NCBI GenBank assembly: GCA_016713625.1
Contig: JADJOT010000013.1
Coordinates: forward strand, 110,051 to 174,050
Direction of reading: 5' to 3'
Source of the DNA: Candidatus Accumulibacter affinis
GTDB lineage: Bacteria > Pseudomonadota > Gammaproteobacteria > Burkholderiales > Rhodocyclaceae
DNA length: 64,000 bases
Positions 19,655-31,864 of the stretch are shown here, in pieces. The notes under the pieces were generated by a model. It saw only the letters and a program-made list of their open reading frames with translations, was not told where the DNA came from and ran no database searches. A program made the translations under genes and the position numbers. How positions within the stretch are numbered: the stretch's first letter is position 1; each line of letters begins with the position of its first letter.

Positions 19655-20362
19655 ATGTATGCAAGACTAGTGCCGTTCGCGCTCGCCGCAGTAATCAGCC
19701 TGCCCACCCTGGCCGACGAGGCAAGCGTCAAGAAAGCCATAGAAAGCAAGCTTGAGCGCACGGTGACCAGTGTTACCAAGACCCCCTACCTTGGTCTCTA
19801 TGAAGTGTACGTCGATGGCCAGATCGTCTACACCGACGACAAGGTTTCCGCCGTGCTCCTGGGCTCGCTGATCGACGGCAAGACGATGAAGAACGTCACC
19901 GATGAGCGGATGCAGAAACTCACTGCCATCAAGTTCTCGGACTTGCCGCTGCCGCAGGCGGTGAGGCAGGTGCGTGGGGATGGAAAACGTGTTTTCGCGA
20001 CCTTTGAAGACCCGAACTGCGGCTACTGCAAGAAAATGGCCAAGGAGATCGCAAAACTGGACAACGTGACGATTTACATCTTCCTCTACCCGATCCTCTC
20101 GCCGGATTCGCTGGAGAAGTCGAATCAGATTTGGTGCGCCGCGGACAAGGCCAAGGCATGGAATGACTGGATGGTTGATGGAAAGACACCCGCCGGCAAG
20201 GGTGATTGCGACACCACTGCGGTCAAGAAGAACATCGAACTCGGCCGAAAACTCGCCATCAACGGCACGCCGACGGTCTTCTTCGCGGACGGTGAGCGCA
20301 TTCCCGGTGCGCTTTCGCTTGCCAAGATCGAGCAGAAGCTCAGCCAGGCTCAGGCCAGGTAA
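19655..20362 (+). CDS. dsbC: Periplasmic thiol:disulfide interchange protein, DsbC-type (CGYC).
   Basis: ATG 19655 follows GGAGA. The protein has a signal peptide, then NCGYCKKM and ...INGTPTVFF. The track ORF starts earlier, at 19598. Confidence 0.85.
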   Translation: MYARLVPFALAAVISLPTLADEASVKKAIESKLERTVTSVTKTPYLGLYEVYVDGQIVYTDDKVSAVLLGSLIDGKTMKNVTDERMQKLTAIKFSDLPLPQAVRQVRGDGKRVFATFEDPNCGYCKKMAKEIAKLDNVTIYIFLYPILSPDSLEKSNQIWCAADKAKAWNDWMVDGKTPAGKGDCDTTAVKKNIELGRKLAINGTPTVFFADGERIPGALSLAKIEQKLSQAQAR

Positions 20363-20477
20363 GTCCGCGCTCGCCCACTGCTGCGAAGCAGCCGTCCGCT
20401 CACCAACGAGCTTGGCTAGCCAGGTTCTGGCCGAGCGGAGCCCGCTGCCGGCGCGTGCTCCCCGGCACTTGCAGCAA

Positions 20478-21668
20478 TCAGTGGCCGCGGGCTGGAAAGA
20501 CCTGCCGGGAATAGCTGATCGACAGGGCACCGAGCAGGGGATGCTCGGCAAGGCGCCTGGCAATTTCGCGTTCAGCCTTGATGACCAAGGCCGGGTCAGG
20601 GAGGGCGTGGCGAGGCAGATATACCTCGGCTTCCACCCGGCCGTTGAGGTAATGCAGAACGATCCGCTCGGCTTCCGGCAGGTCGCTGAGCATGGGTAAC
20701 AGGCGCTTCAGCAGTTCGCCGCGGTCCGGCATGACCTGGCTCTTGCTGTCGTGGTCCAGATCGTCCTCGACGTCGACGTGAACGAGCACGTCAGATACGG
20801 CAGCGTGGCTGTCGAGTACCCGCTTACGAGTCATCTCGGCGATGCGGTGGCCTTCCGAAACGCTGATGCGCGGATCGACACAGACGTGCGCATCGACCAG
20901 CGAGCGGTGAGCCATGCGACGGGTGCGCAATTCATGCAGACTGCTCACCCCGGGGGTATCGACGATCACCTGCCGGATGCTGTCGACTTCTTCTACCGAA
21001 AGCCCGGTGTCAATCAGCTCCTGCACGGCATCCCACGCAAACACCACGCCCATGCGGACGATCATGAAGCCGACGATCACCGCCGCCACCGAGTCGGCAA
21101 AATTGTAGCCCATCAGATTACCGACGATCCCCAGGGCCACCACCAGTGACGACGCGGCGTCGGAACGGGCGTGCCAGGCGTTGGCGATGAGCATTGGCGA
21201 GCGCAGGCGCTCGCCAATGCGGAGCATGTAGCGAAACAGTCCCTCCTTCGCCGCCAGCGCCGCAATCGCCGTCCATAGGGCCAGGGTAGCCACCGGCGGC
21301 AGGTCTTCGAGATTCTGCAACTTCACTCCGGCGCCCCAGATGATTCCGGCACCAGTCGCCGCGAGAATTGCTCCAAGCGCAAACGACGCCATGGTTTCGA
21401 TGCGAGCATGGCCGTAGGGATGCCGTTCATCGGCCGGATCCTTGCTATGGTGGGCAGCGAAAAGGACCAGGAAGTCGCAGACCAGATCGGAGAGTGAATG
21501 CAGGCCGTCGGCGATCAAACCCTGGGAATGGGCGACGATACCGGCAACCACCTGGGCAATGGTAAGGCAAACATTCACCACCACGCTGATCCAGGTCACC
21601 CGCTGGGTCATGCCGTGTCGCCCAGGATCATCGAAGGAGATTTCCTGGGCGTCGTTACGGGTGCTCAT
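20478..21668 (-). CDS. Cation diffusion facilitator (CDF) family metal efflux transporter.
   Basis: Translation from ATG 21668 (GGAAGGGA upstream) gives ...GLIADGLHSLSDLVCD...HPYGHARIE...NAWHARSDAASS. The track ORF is over-extended to 21800. Confidence 0.85.
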   Translation of the reverse strand: MSTRNDAQEISFDDPGRHGMTQRVTWISVVVNVCLTIAQVVAGIVAHSQGLIADGLHSLSDLVCDFLVLFAAHHSKDPADERHPYGHARIETMASFALGAILAATGAGIIWGAGVKLQNLEDLPPVATLALWTAIAALAAKEGLFRYMLRIGERLRSPMLIANAWHARSDAASSLVVALGIVGNLMGYNFADSVAAVIVGFMIVRMGVVFAWDAVQELIDTGLSVEEVDSIRQVIVDTPGVSSLHELRTRRMAHRSLVDAHVCVDPRISVSEGHRIAEMTRKRVLDSHAAVSDVLVHVDVEDDLDHDSKSQVMPDRGELLKRLLPMLSDLPEAERIVLHYLNGRVEAEVYLPRHALPDPALVIKAEREIARRLAEHPLLGALSISYSRQVFPARGH

Positions 21669-21694
21669 GGCTCGGTCCCTTCCTTCACCAGTGC

Positions 21695-22291
21695 TCAGTG
21701 GCTCAGCGAACTCACCACTTGCGAGAACGTTTGCGCGATTTCCGTGGATTGCGCAAGTCCGATATCGCGCTCGATGCGGGCCAGCGAAAAGACGCCGCAA
21801 AGGATGTGGTTCTCCTCTTCATCATGGTCCACAACCAGGCAATAAGGCGTTCCCAACTCCTTGAGGGTAGCCACCACGTTGCCGACTCTCGCCGCCGTCA
21901 CATCGCGCAGGTGCATCACCTCGGCATCGTCGTGCTGCTTGATCATGACATCGCCGACGACCAGTTCATTTGGATGAACTCCCAGGGTATGGGCGACAGC
22001 CAGTGGCCGGTGACCCTTGCTCCCGGCCTCGGTCACCAGCCCCTGTAACTGCCGGTGCTCATCGGCGACCAGCAGGTAATGCACGTGGCACAGATCCATG
22101 ACTCTGTTGGCATCGTCGAGCGAGGCGTCACGCGCAATCGTGACCGGCGTCACGCGCTGAAAATCGATCATGACAGCCAGCGCAGGTGAGTTAAGGTCCA
22201 CCGCGTGGTGGGCCGCCACCTTTGGCAGGTAACAAGGGACGCCTCTCTGCAGCCTAGTCCATGGCAGAGGCTTGAAGCGTGTATCAGGCAT
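21695..22291 (-). CDS. Stand-alone CBS-pair domain protein.
   Basis: ATG 22291 is preceded by GAGGAGGAA. Two CBS-like segments are visible: VTIARDASLDDANRVMDLCHVHYLLV and VGNVVATLKELGTPYCLVVD. The stop lies 27 nt upstream of the CDF gene start. Confidence 0.75.
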   Translation of the reverse strand: MPDTRFKPLPWTRLQRGVPCYLPKVAAHHAVDLNSPALAVMIDFQRVTPVTIARDASLDDANRVMDLCHVHYLLVADEHRQLQGLVTEAGSKGHRPLAVAHTLGVHPNELVVGDVMIKQHDDAEVMHLRDVTAARVGNVVATLKELGTPYCLVVDHDEEENHILCGVFSLARIERDIGLAQSTEIAQTFSQVVSSLSH

Positions 22292-22639
22292 TTCCGGATT
22301 CCTCCTCGTCGATGGTGACGCAAGGATTAAAGCACCGATACTTGGCAATTGACAAGCATCCTGTCGCACGGACTCACTTTCTGGTCCTTTGGCGCAGGTT
22401 CTGTGTACTGCATCTGCTTTCGCAACCGGCTTGGCACGGCGACACCAGAATTGCGTCAATCGAGTCTTGAAGGTAGTATCCATGCCGCGCGCCGCATGAT
22501 TGTGCAAGTCCTGTCACCCAGCCGGTTCGGCAACCCATGCCGAACCGATCTCCAGCTTTCAATGCGAGAAAGAACCGGCCCCGCTGGTTGACCGGGTCCT
22601 GATGTTAACTTCGCAGCAATTTTCTCTACCGTTCCCAGA

Positions 22640-25354
<2,715 letters not shown>

Positions 25355-25469
25355 GCGCTCGCGGCGAGTCGAGGGCCGCGGCGGGTAGGCGCAACCTGGG
25401 CCATCCCGCCAGGTGACCGCTTGGCTGCTGCCGCTAGCCCCCTCGGCCGTCTCCGCTCACGAGGTTGCA

Positions 25470-26708
25470 ATGCCCGTCAATTACCGCACCCCTTCCCCCG
25501 AACAACTCTTCCCGGTCGCTGGCGTTCGTCTCGGTGTTGCCGAGGCAGGTATCCGCAAGCTCGCGCGAAACGACCTCACCCTGGTCTCCCTCGCTGCGAA
25601 CGCCAGAGTCGCTGGCGTATTCACCACCAACCGCTTCTGCGCTGCACCGGTAGTCGTGTGCCGTCGCCACCTCGAACTGGGCAGCGACATACGTGCGCTG
25701 GTGATCAATACCGGCGTCGCCAATGCCGGCACCGGCGAACAGGGCCGGCAAGCGGCGGAACAAAGCTGCGCTGCCGTCGGCGAACTGCTGGGTATCGCAG
25801 ACCGGCAGGTATTGCCCTTCTCAACCGGCGTCATCCTCGAACCCTTGCCGGTTGACCGGCTGGTCGCCGGCCTGCCGTCTTGCGTCGCCGATCTGCAGGC
25901 GGACCACTGGCACGCCGCCGCACACGCGATCATGACCACCGACACGGTCGCAAAAGCGGCTTCGCGACGCCTTGAGGTCAACGGAAGAACGGTCACCATC
26001 ACCGGCATCAGCAAGGGTGCCGGCATGATTCGGCCGAACATGGCGACCATGCTCGCGCTGATCGCCACCGACGCCGGTATCGCCACACCCTTGCTACAGG
26101 AACTGTTGCACGCCGCCGCCGAGGCTTCGTTCAACTGCATCAGCGTCGACGGCGACACCTCGACCAATGACTCCTTCGTCCTGATCGCCACCGGGCAGGC
26201 GGGCGTCGAGTTTACGGCAGCGGCTGAGCCCGGCTACACGGCGCTGCGCGAAGCCGTGATCGCCGTCGCCGTCGAGCTCGCCCAGGCGATCATTCGCGAT
26301 GGTGAAGGCGCCAGCAAGTTCATCACCATCGCCGTTGAAGGCGGCCGCAATCGCGACGAGTGCAAGCGCATCGGCTACGCGATTGCACACTCGCCACTGG
26401 TGAAGACGGCTTTCTTTGCGTCCGATCCCAACCTTGGCCGCATCCTTGCCGCGATTGGCTATGCTGACGTTGACGACCTCGATGTGGAGCGCCTGAGCGT
26501 CTCCTTGAACAGTGCAGGAACCGAGATTCTGGTCGCTGAGAAGGGCGGGCGGGCGGCTTCCTACCGCGAGGAGGACGGTGCTGCGATCATGCAACAAGCG
26601 GAGATTGGCGTCCGCGTCAGCCTTGGGCGCGGTGTCGCCAAGGCCACCGTTTATACCTGCGATCTCTCCTACGACTACGTGCAGATCAACGCCGACTACC
26701 GCAGCTAG
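25470..26708 (+). CDS. argJ: Bifunctional glutamate N-acetyltransferase / amino-acid acetyltransferase.
   Basis: Contains [13 protein letters not shown]...[21 protein letters not shown] (autocleavage ATML) and ...[17 protein letters not shown]. The track ORF begins at an upstream GTG (25413). Confidence 0.92.
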   Translation: MPVNYRTPSPEQLFPVAGVRLGVAEAGIRKLARNDLTLVSLAANARVAGVFTTNRFCAAPVVVCRRHLELGSDIRALVINTGVANAGTGEQGRQAAEQSCAAVGELLGIADRQVLPFSTGVILEPLPVDRLVAGLPSCVADLQADHWHAAAHAIMTTDTVAKAASRRLEVNGRTVTITGISKGAGMIRPNMATMLALIATDAGIATPLLQELLHAAAEASFNCISVDGDTSTNDSFVLIATGQAGVEFTAAAEPGYTALREAVIAVAVELAQAIIRDGEGASKFITIAVEGGRNRDECKRIGYAIAHSPLVKTAFFASDPNLGRILAAIGYADVDDLDVERLSVSLNSAGTEILVAEKGGRAASYREEDGAAIMQQAEIGVRVSLGRGVAKATVYTCDLSYDYVQINADYRS

Positions 26709-26731
26709 ACTCGAGACTCAATGGCTAGCAG

Positions 26732-27115
26732 TCAATGCAGGACGTGCGGAACAGCGAGGGTGAATTCGGGGATTTCCGCCTCGAACTGACGGCCGTCCAC
26801 TGCCGTCAGCTGGTAGCTGCCACGCATCGTCCCAACCGGCGAGTCGAGCTGGCAGCCACTGGTGTAGGAAAACACCTCGCCAGGTTGCAACAGTGGCTGC
26901 CGGCCGACGACGCCAAGGCCGCGCACCTCCTGGACCTCGCCACTGGCGTCGGCGATGATCCAGTGCCGCGAAATCAGCTGCGCCGCCACCGTTCCGACAT
27001 TCTCGATGGTGATCGTATAGGCAAAAACGTAGTTGTCCTTCGCGGGATCCGACTGCTCGGCGATGTATTGCGGGAGCGCACTGACAGCGATCTCGTATTT
27101 CTTGCTTTCGGCCAT
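26732..27115 (-). CDS. apaG: ApaG (DUF525) protein.
   Basis: YVFAYTITIENVGTVAAQLISRHWIIADASGEVQEVRGLGVVGRQPLLQPGE is the typical ApaG fold sequence. Confidence 0.9.
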   Translation of the reverse strand: MAESKKYEIAVSALPQYIAEQSDPAKDNYVFAYTITIENVGTVAAQLISRHWIIADASGEVQEVRGLGVVGRQPLLQPGEVFSYTSGCQLDSPVGTMRGSYQLTAVDGRQFEAEIPEFTLAVPHVLH

Positions 27116-27261
27116 GTCTGCTCAATGTCGGAACGATCGGAACCAGCATTGCACACCAAACCGACGCCGCTGACAAGCTCATTTAAAAACCGGATCGTTC
27201 CTCTAAGCCGACGAGCCGATTCACGATAGAATCAAAGGCAATTTCCGAAGGGGTTCCTGCC

Positions 27262-27951
27262 ATGTACGTGATTGCTCCCAGCATCCTGTCCGCCAACTTC
27301 GCCAAGCTTGGTGAAGAAGTCGTCAATGTCATCGCCGCAGGCGCCGACTGGATTCACTTTGACGTGATGGACAACCACTATGTCCCCAATCTGACCATTG
27401 GTCCGCTGGTCTGCGAGGCAATCCGGCCGCTGACGCAGGCACCGATTGACGTGCATCTGATGGTCAGGCCGGTGGATCGCATCGTCCCCGACTTCGCCAG
27501 GGCGGGTGCCAATATCATCACCTTCCACCCCGAGGCTTCCGAGCATGTGGACCGCACGCTGGCGCTGATCCGTGAGAACGGTTGCCAGGCTGGCCTGGTC
27601 TTCAACCCCGCGACGCCGCTCGACTACCTCGATTACGTCATGGACAAGGTGGATATCATCCTGTTGATGAGCGTCAACCCGGGTTTTGGCGGACAGAAGT
27701 TCATTCCTTCAACGCTGACCAAGCTCGCCGCAGCACGCGCCAGAATCGACGCCTACCAGCGCGACAGCGGGCGGCGAATCCGACTGCAGGTAGATGGGGG
27801 AGTGAAGGTCGAAAACATTGCCGAAATTGCCCGCGCCGGAGCCGACGCATTTGTCGCCGGCTCAGCGGTTTTCGGCGCCGGTAACGACAACGATGGCCAC
27901 CGCTACGACAGCGTCCTCGCAGCGCTGCGTGCGCAGCTGGCGATGCCATGA
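27262..27951 (+). CDS. rpe: Ribulose-phosphate 3-epimerase.
   Basis: Contains [17 protein letters not shown]...[17 protein letters not shown]...[13 protein letters not shown]. Confidence 0.95.
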   Translation: MYVIAPSILSANFAKLGEEVVNVIAAGADWIHFDVMDNHYVPNLTIGPLVCEAIRPLTQAPIDVHLMVRPVDRIVPDFARAGANIITFHPEASEHVDRTLALIRENGCQAGLVFNPATPLDYLDYVMDKVDIILLMSVNPGFGGQKFIPSTLTKLAAARARIDAYQRDSGRRIRLQVDGGVKVENIAEIARAGADAFVAGSAVFGAGNDNDGHRYDSVLAALRAQLAMP

Positions 27952-28634
27952 ATACCTCGGCCTTGGCGGTCCGCGCAGTGCTCATCGATCTGGACGGTAC
28001 GCTGCTTGACACCGTGCTGGATCTGCATGCCGCGGCGAACGCCATGCTCGGCGACCTTGGTCGCCCAGTGGTATCGGTCGACTCGATTCGCAGCTATGTC
28101 GGGCGCGGTATTGCCAATCTGGTGAAACGCGTACTCGCCGGCTCGATGGCCGCGGCAGATGATGGAGCGCCTCCACCAGCGGCAGCCCTGGCCAGCTTCA
28201 AAAAGCACTACACGACGGAGAACGGTCGCCATGCAGCTCTTTTCCCTGGCGTCCGCGAAGGTCTTGAAGCCCTCAAGGCACTGGCCCTGCCACTGGGTGT
28301 CATCACCAACAAAGCCGAGGCTTTCACTCTGCCGTTGCTGCAGCGTACCGGACTCTTCCCTTTTTTCGACGTGATCGTCAGCGGCGACGTTCTGCCACGC
28401 CCGAAACCGGACCCGATGCCACTGCTCTGGGCTAGCGGCCGCCTGGCGGTCTCGCCGATCGACGTCCTGATGATCGGCGATTCGGTGCACGATTTTAATG
28501 CCGGACGGGCTGCCGGCTGCCACGTCTTTCTCGTTCCGTACGGCTACAACGAGGGACGTGATGTTCGCGAGTTGGCCTGTGATGGTATAGTTTCGACCCT
28601 CGCCGAAGCCGCGCAACGCCTGACGCACGCATGA
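27948..28634 (+). CDS. gph: Phosphoglycolate phosphatase (HAD superfamily).
   Basis: Contains [12 protein letters not shown] (the DxDxT motif), ...ITNK... and ...[16 protein letters not shown]. It sits in the rpe-gph context. Confidence 0.85.
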   Translation: MNTSALAVRAVLIDLDGTLLDTVLDLHAAANAMLGDLGRPVVSVDSIRSYVGRGIANLVKRVLAGSMAAADDGAPPPAAALASFKKHYTTENGRHAALFPGVREGLEALKALALPLGVITNKAEAFTLPLLQRTGLFPFFDVIVSGDVLPRPKPDPMPLLWASGRLAVSPIDVLMIGDSVHDFNAGRAAGCHVFLVPYGYNEGRDVRELACDGIVSTLAEAAQRLTHA

Positions 28635-28790
28635 CCGCACTCCACCACCAACTGCAGCCGGGACCCGCCCACAGGGTAGAGGCCTGGCCCTGGCGAAGCT
28701 GGCGCCCTTAGGCCGCTTCCTTGCGGCGCCGCGGCGGGCGTGCATGGCCAGCCCGCACCCGTTCTCGCAGTGTTCCCTAGTGGAGTTCCG

Positions 28791-30263
28791 ATGACCGAAG
28801 CTTATTTCAATCGCCTGGCTGCCGAAGGCTACAATCGCATCCCGGTAACCCTGGAGACCTTTGCCGATCTCGATACCCCCCTGTCGATCTACCTGAAGCT
28901 GGCCAACGGCCCCTACAGCTACCTGCTTGAATCAGTACAGGGTGGCGAGCGCTTTGGCCGTTACTCGATCATCGGTCTGGTGAGCCCCACCCGGATTGTC
29001 GTGAATGCGCACCAGGTGCTGGTCCTCAACGGCAATCGCATCGCCGAACGCGAAGACGACACCAACCCGCTCGACTTCATCGGCAAGTACATGAAGCGCT
29101 TTCGCGCCGCTCCAACCACCGGCCTGCCGCGTTTCTGCGGTGGCCTGGTCGGCTGTTTCGGCTATGACACCGTCCGCTATATCGAGACGCGGCTGACGCG
29201 CTCACAGAAAGCGGACGACCTCGGCATTCCCGACATCGTGCTGCTGCTGTCTGAAGAAATCGCCGTGGTCGACAATCTGTCGGGCAAGCTCACCCTCGTC
29301 GTCTATGCCGAGCCGGGGGTTCCCGGTGCTTACCAGAAAGCGCAGGCCAGACTCAGGGAGTTGCTCGCCCGGCTGCGTGAACCGGTTGGCATTCCACCCG
29401 AAGCACCGCAATCCTCACAGCCAGCAGCGTCGATGTTCGGTGAAGCACAGTTCCGGCAGGCGGTGTTGAAAGCCAAGCGCTATATCACCGAGGGCGACAT
29501 CATGCAGGTGGTCCTTTCGCAGCGCATGAGCAAGCCGCTCGCCGCCAGCCCGATGGCGCTGTACCGGTCGCTACGCTCACTGAATCCGTCGCCGTACATG
29601 TTCTATTTCGACTTCGAGGACTTCCACGTCGTCGGAGCGTCGCCGGAAATCCTCGTCCGCCTTGAAGGCGACATGGTCACCGTCCGCCCGATCGCCGGCA
29701 CTCGCCGGCGTGGCGTTTCTTTCGAGGAAGATCAGGAACTCGCCGCCGAGCTGCTGGCCGACGAAAAGGAACGTGCCGAGCATGTCCAGCTCCTCGACCT
29801 CGGTCGTAACGACGCCGGACGGGTCGCTCGCGTCGGCACCATCAAGCTCACCGAGAACATGATCGTCGAGCGCTACTCGCACGTGATGCACATCGTCTCG
29901 AACGTCGAAGCGCGGTTGCGGCCTGAACTCAACGCGCTCGACGTGCTCAGGGCCACCTTCCCGGCGGGAACCGTCTCCGGGGCGCCCAAAGTCAGGGCCA
30001 TGGAGATCATCGACGAGCTGGAACCGGTCAAGCGCGGCATCTATGCCGGGGCAGTCGGCTATCTCGGCTTCAATGGCGACATGGATCTGGCAATCGCCAT
30101 CCGCACTGCCATCGTCAAGGACGGCCAGCTGCATGTCCAGGCCGGCGCCGGTATCGTCGCCGATTCGGACCCATGTTCCGAATGGCAGGAAACGCAGAAC
30201 AAGGCGCGCGCCGTGCTGCGCGCTGCCGAACTGGCCGAGCAGGGCCTCGACACCCGTATGTGA
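28791..30263 (+). CDS. trpE: Anthranilate synthase component I.
   Basis: ATG 28791 follows TGGAG. Contains LESVQGGERFGRYS...GTRRRG...DLGRNDAGRV...FPAGTVSGAPKVRAMEII...RGIYAGAVGY. Confidence 0.95.
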   Translation: MTEAYFNRLAAEGYNRIPVTLETFADLDTPLSIYLKLANGPYSYLLESVQGGERFGRYSIIGLVSPTRIVVNAHQVLVLNGNRIAEREDDTNPLDFIGKYMKRFRAAPTTGLPRFCGGLVGCFGYDTVRYIETRLTRSQKADDLGIPDIVLLLSEEIAVVDNLSGKLTLVVYAEPGVPGAYQKAQARLRELLARLREPVGIPPEAPQSSQPAASMFGEAQFRQAVLKAKRYITEGDIMQVVLSQRMSKPLAASPMALYRSLRSLNPSPYMFYFDFEDFHVVGASPEILVRLEGDMVTVRPIAGTRRRGVSFEEDQELAAELLADEKERAEHVQLLDLGRNDAGRVARVGTIKLTENMIVERYSHVMHIVSNVEARLRPELNALDVLRATFPAGTVSGAPKVRAMEIIDELEPVKRGIYAGAVGYLGFNGDMDLAIAIRTAIVKDGQLHVQAGAGIVADSDPCSEWQETQNKARAVLRAAELAEQGLDTRM

Positions 30264-30331
30264 TGACCGGCGGCGCGCCTCCCTGCGGATGCAGCGGCAA
30301 GGTTGAGCGCCTGCGTGGTCATCGTCAACGC

Positions 30332-31756
30332 CTAGACCACCCGGACATTGCTGAACTGCCATGGATCGGAGCTGTCGATCTCTTCCGGGAACAGGCGCCC
30401 GCGCTCCAGCAGCGGGGTCCAGTCGGTGTAGACCCCGACGACCGGTCCGAGGTAGGGGCTGCAGATCTCGATGATGCGTTCAAAATCCATCGCTTCGGGC
30501 TCGATCACCCCGCGATCGGGATTCTCCATCGCCCAGATCATTCCGGCCAGCGCTGCTGCCGTGACCTGCAGGGTGGTCGCACTGTTGTGGGGAGCCAGCC
30601 GCCTCGCCTCATTGACGCTGAGTTGCGATCCATACCAATAGGTGTGACGGCCTCCGAGCAGCACCCCCAGCTCATCGACGCCACCCGGCGAGATCTCGTC
30701 GATCAGGATGCGCTTGCGCTCCTGCTGGACAAAGTTGCGGCCGCAGAACTCGTGCAGCGAAAGCACGGCATCGTCGCAAGGGTGATAGGCGTAGTGCACC
30801 GTCGGCCGATAGGCCGGCTGACCGCCCTGGCGAACGGTCAGGTAGTCGGCGATCGAAATGGACTCCCCGTGGGTTATCGCAAACCCATGGAAAGGTCCGG
30901 CGAGCGGCGTCCAGCTGCGCACGCGGGTCGCGCATCCCGGCTGGCGCAAGTAGATCGCCGCCAGCGAACCGCTGACATGCTCCCGACCGTCGGGCGGAAA
31001 GTGACGCTCATGCGACCCCCAGCCGAGCTCGCAGGGTTGCTGCGCCTCACTGACAAAGCCATCGACCGACCAGGTGTTGACGAATTCATTGGGCTGCTTG
31101 CGCTGTGGTGAAAGCTGCGTGTCGTGCTCGGCAATGTGAATGGTCCGCACCTCGAGCCGGCGGGCCAGATCTGCCCAGGCCGCGCCGCTATCTAGTTGGC
31201 CTGTATCGATAGCAGCGTCGGCAGCCAGGTTCAGCAAGGCGCGCTTGACGAAATGCGAAACCAGGCCCGGATTCGCGCCATGCGTCACCACCGCAGTCGG
31301 CACTGCCGAATTGCCCTCCTCGCGTAGTGCCAGCACTTCTTCGCGGAGGGCGTAGTTAGTGCGCTGCGCCGCTGCGATGGCCGGATTCGTGTAGCCGCCC
31401 GGCCACGGCTCAATGCAGGTATCCAGGTACAGCGCGCCCTTGCTGCGAGCATAGATGATCAGCGCTGCGGACGCGACGTCGACAGCAACGTTGAGCAGGA
31501 AGTCGCCGTGGCCCAGCAGGGGATCGAGCAACTGCCGGTAGTTCTCGGCCAGCAGCGGCGCGACGAGCAAGCGAACGCCGTAAGCCGCTGCCACGGGCCC
31601 TCCGTGCGCGTCGGCCGAGACGATCGTGATCGCCTCCGGCCGCATGCCGATATGCCGCCGGATCAGCGGCAGCAGACCCTGCCCGACACTGCCGAAACCA
31701 ATGATCACCAGGCGTCCCGGAAAGTGAACAAGAAGCTGCGGATCGTTCATGCTCAC
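30332..31756 (-). CDS. hss: Homospermidine synthase (bacterial HSS, saccharopine-dehydrogenase-like NAD-binding fold).
   Basis: 474 aa. Contains VIIGFGSVGQGLLPLIRRH...IHIAEHDTQ...FVNTWSVDGFVSE...VRSWTP...ESISIADYLTV...YRPTVHYAYHPCDDAVLSLHE...YWYGSQLS...YLGPVVGVYTDWTPL...SDPWQF. This closely parallels the Blastochloris viridis HSS as I recall it. Confidence 0.88.
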   Translation of the reverse strand: MSMNDPQLLVHFPGRLVIIGFGSVGQGLLPLIRRHIGMRPEAITIVSADAHGGPVAAAYGVRLLVAPLLAENYRQLLDPLLGHGDFLLNVAVDVASAALIIYARSKGALYLDTCIEPWPGGYTNPAIAAAQRTNYALREEVLALREEGNSAVPTAVVTHGANPGLVSHFVKRALLNLAADAAIDTGQLDSGAAWADLARRLEVRTIHIAEHDTQLSPQRKQPNEFVNTWSVDGFVSEAQQPCELGWGSHERHFPPDGREHVSGSLAAIYLRQPGCATRVRSWTPLAGPFHGFAITHGESISIADYLTVRQGGQPAYRPTVHYAYHPCDDAVLSLHEFCGRNFVQQERKRILIDEISPGGVDELGVLLGGRHTYWYGSQLSVNEARRLAPHNSATTLQVTAAALAGMIWAMENPDRGVIEPEAMDFERIIEICSPYLGPVVGVYTDWTPLLERGRLFPEEIDSSDPWQFSNVRVV

Positions 31757-31864
31757 CCTCCCGCGAAATCGGACGTGTGGATCAAGCCTCGCGGCCGACC
31801 CGGTCAGGTTCGGCTCCGCCCCGCTTCATTGTCTGCAGCGCTCGCGCCAGCAGCCCACGCCCTC

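Noticed and set aside
22431-22455. A sigma-54-like TGGCAC...TTGC motif in the secA / CBS-gene divergent region.
   Set aside because: The spacing between the GG and GC elements is far longer than the canonical 5 nt after TGGCAC, so this is probably a chance match. The nearby 9-bp hairpin (22523..22547) has no obvious role either.
28635-28790. A trp leader peptide or attenuator might be expected upstream of trpE.
   Set aside because: There is no short ORF with tandem Trp codons. I also saw no alternative terminator/antiterminator hairpins with a U-tract.
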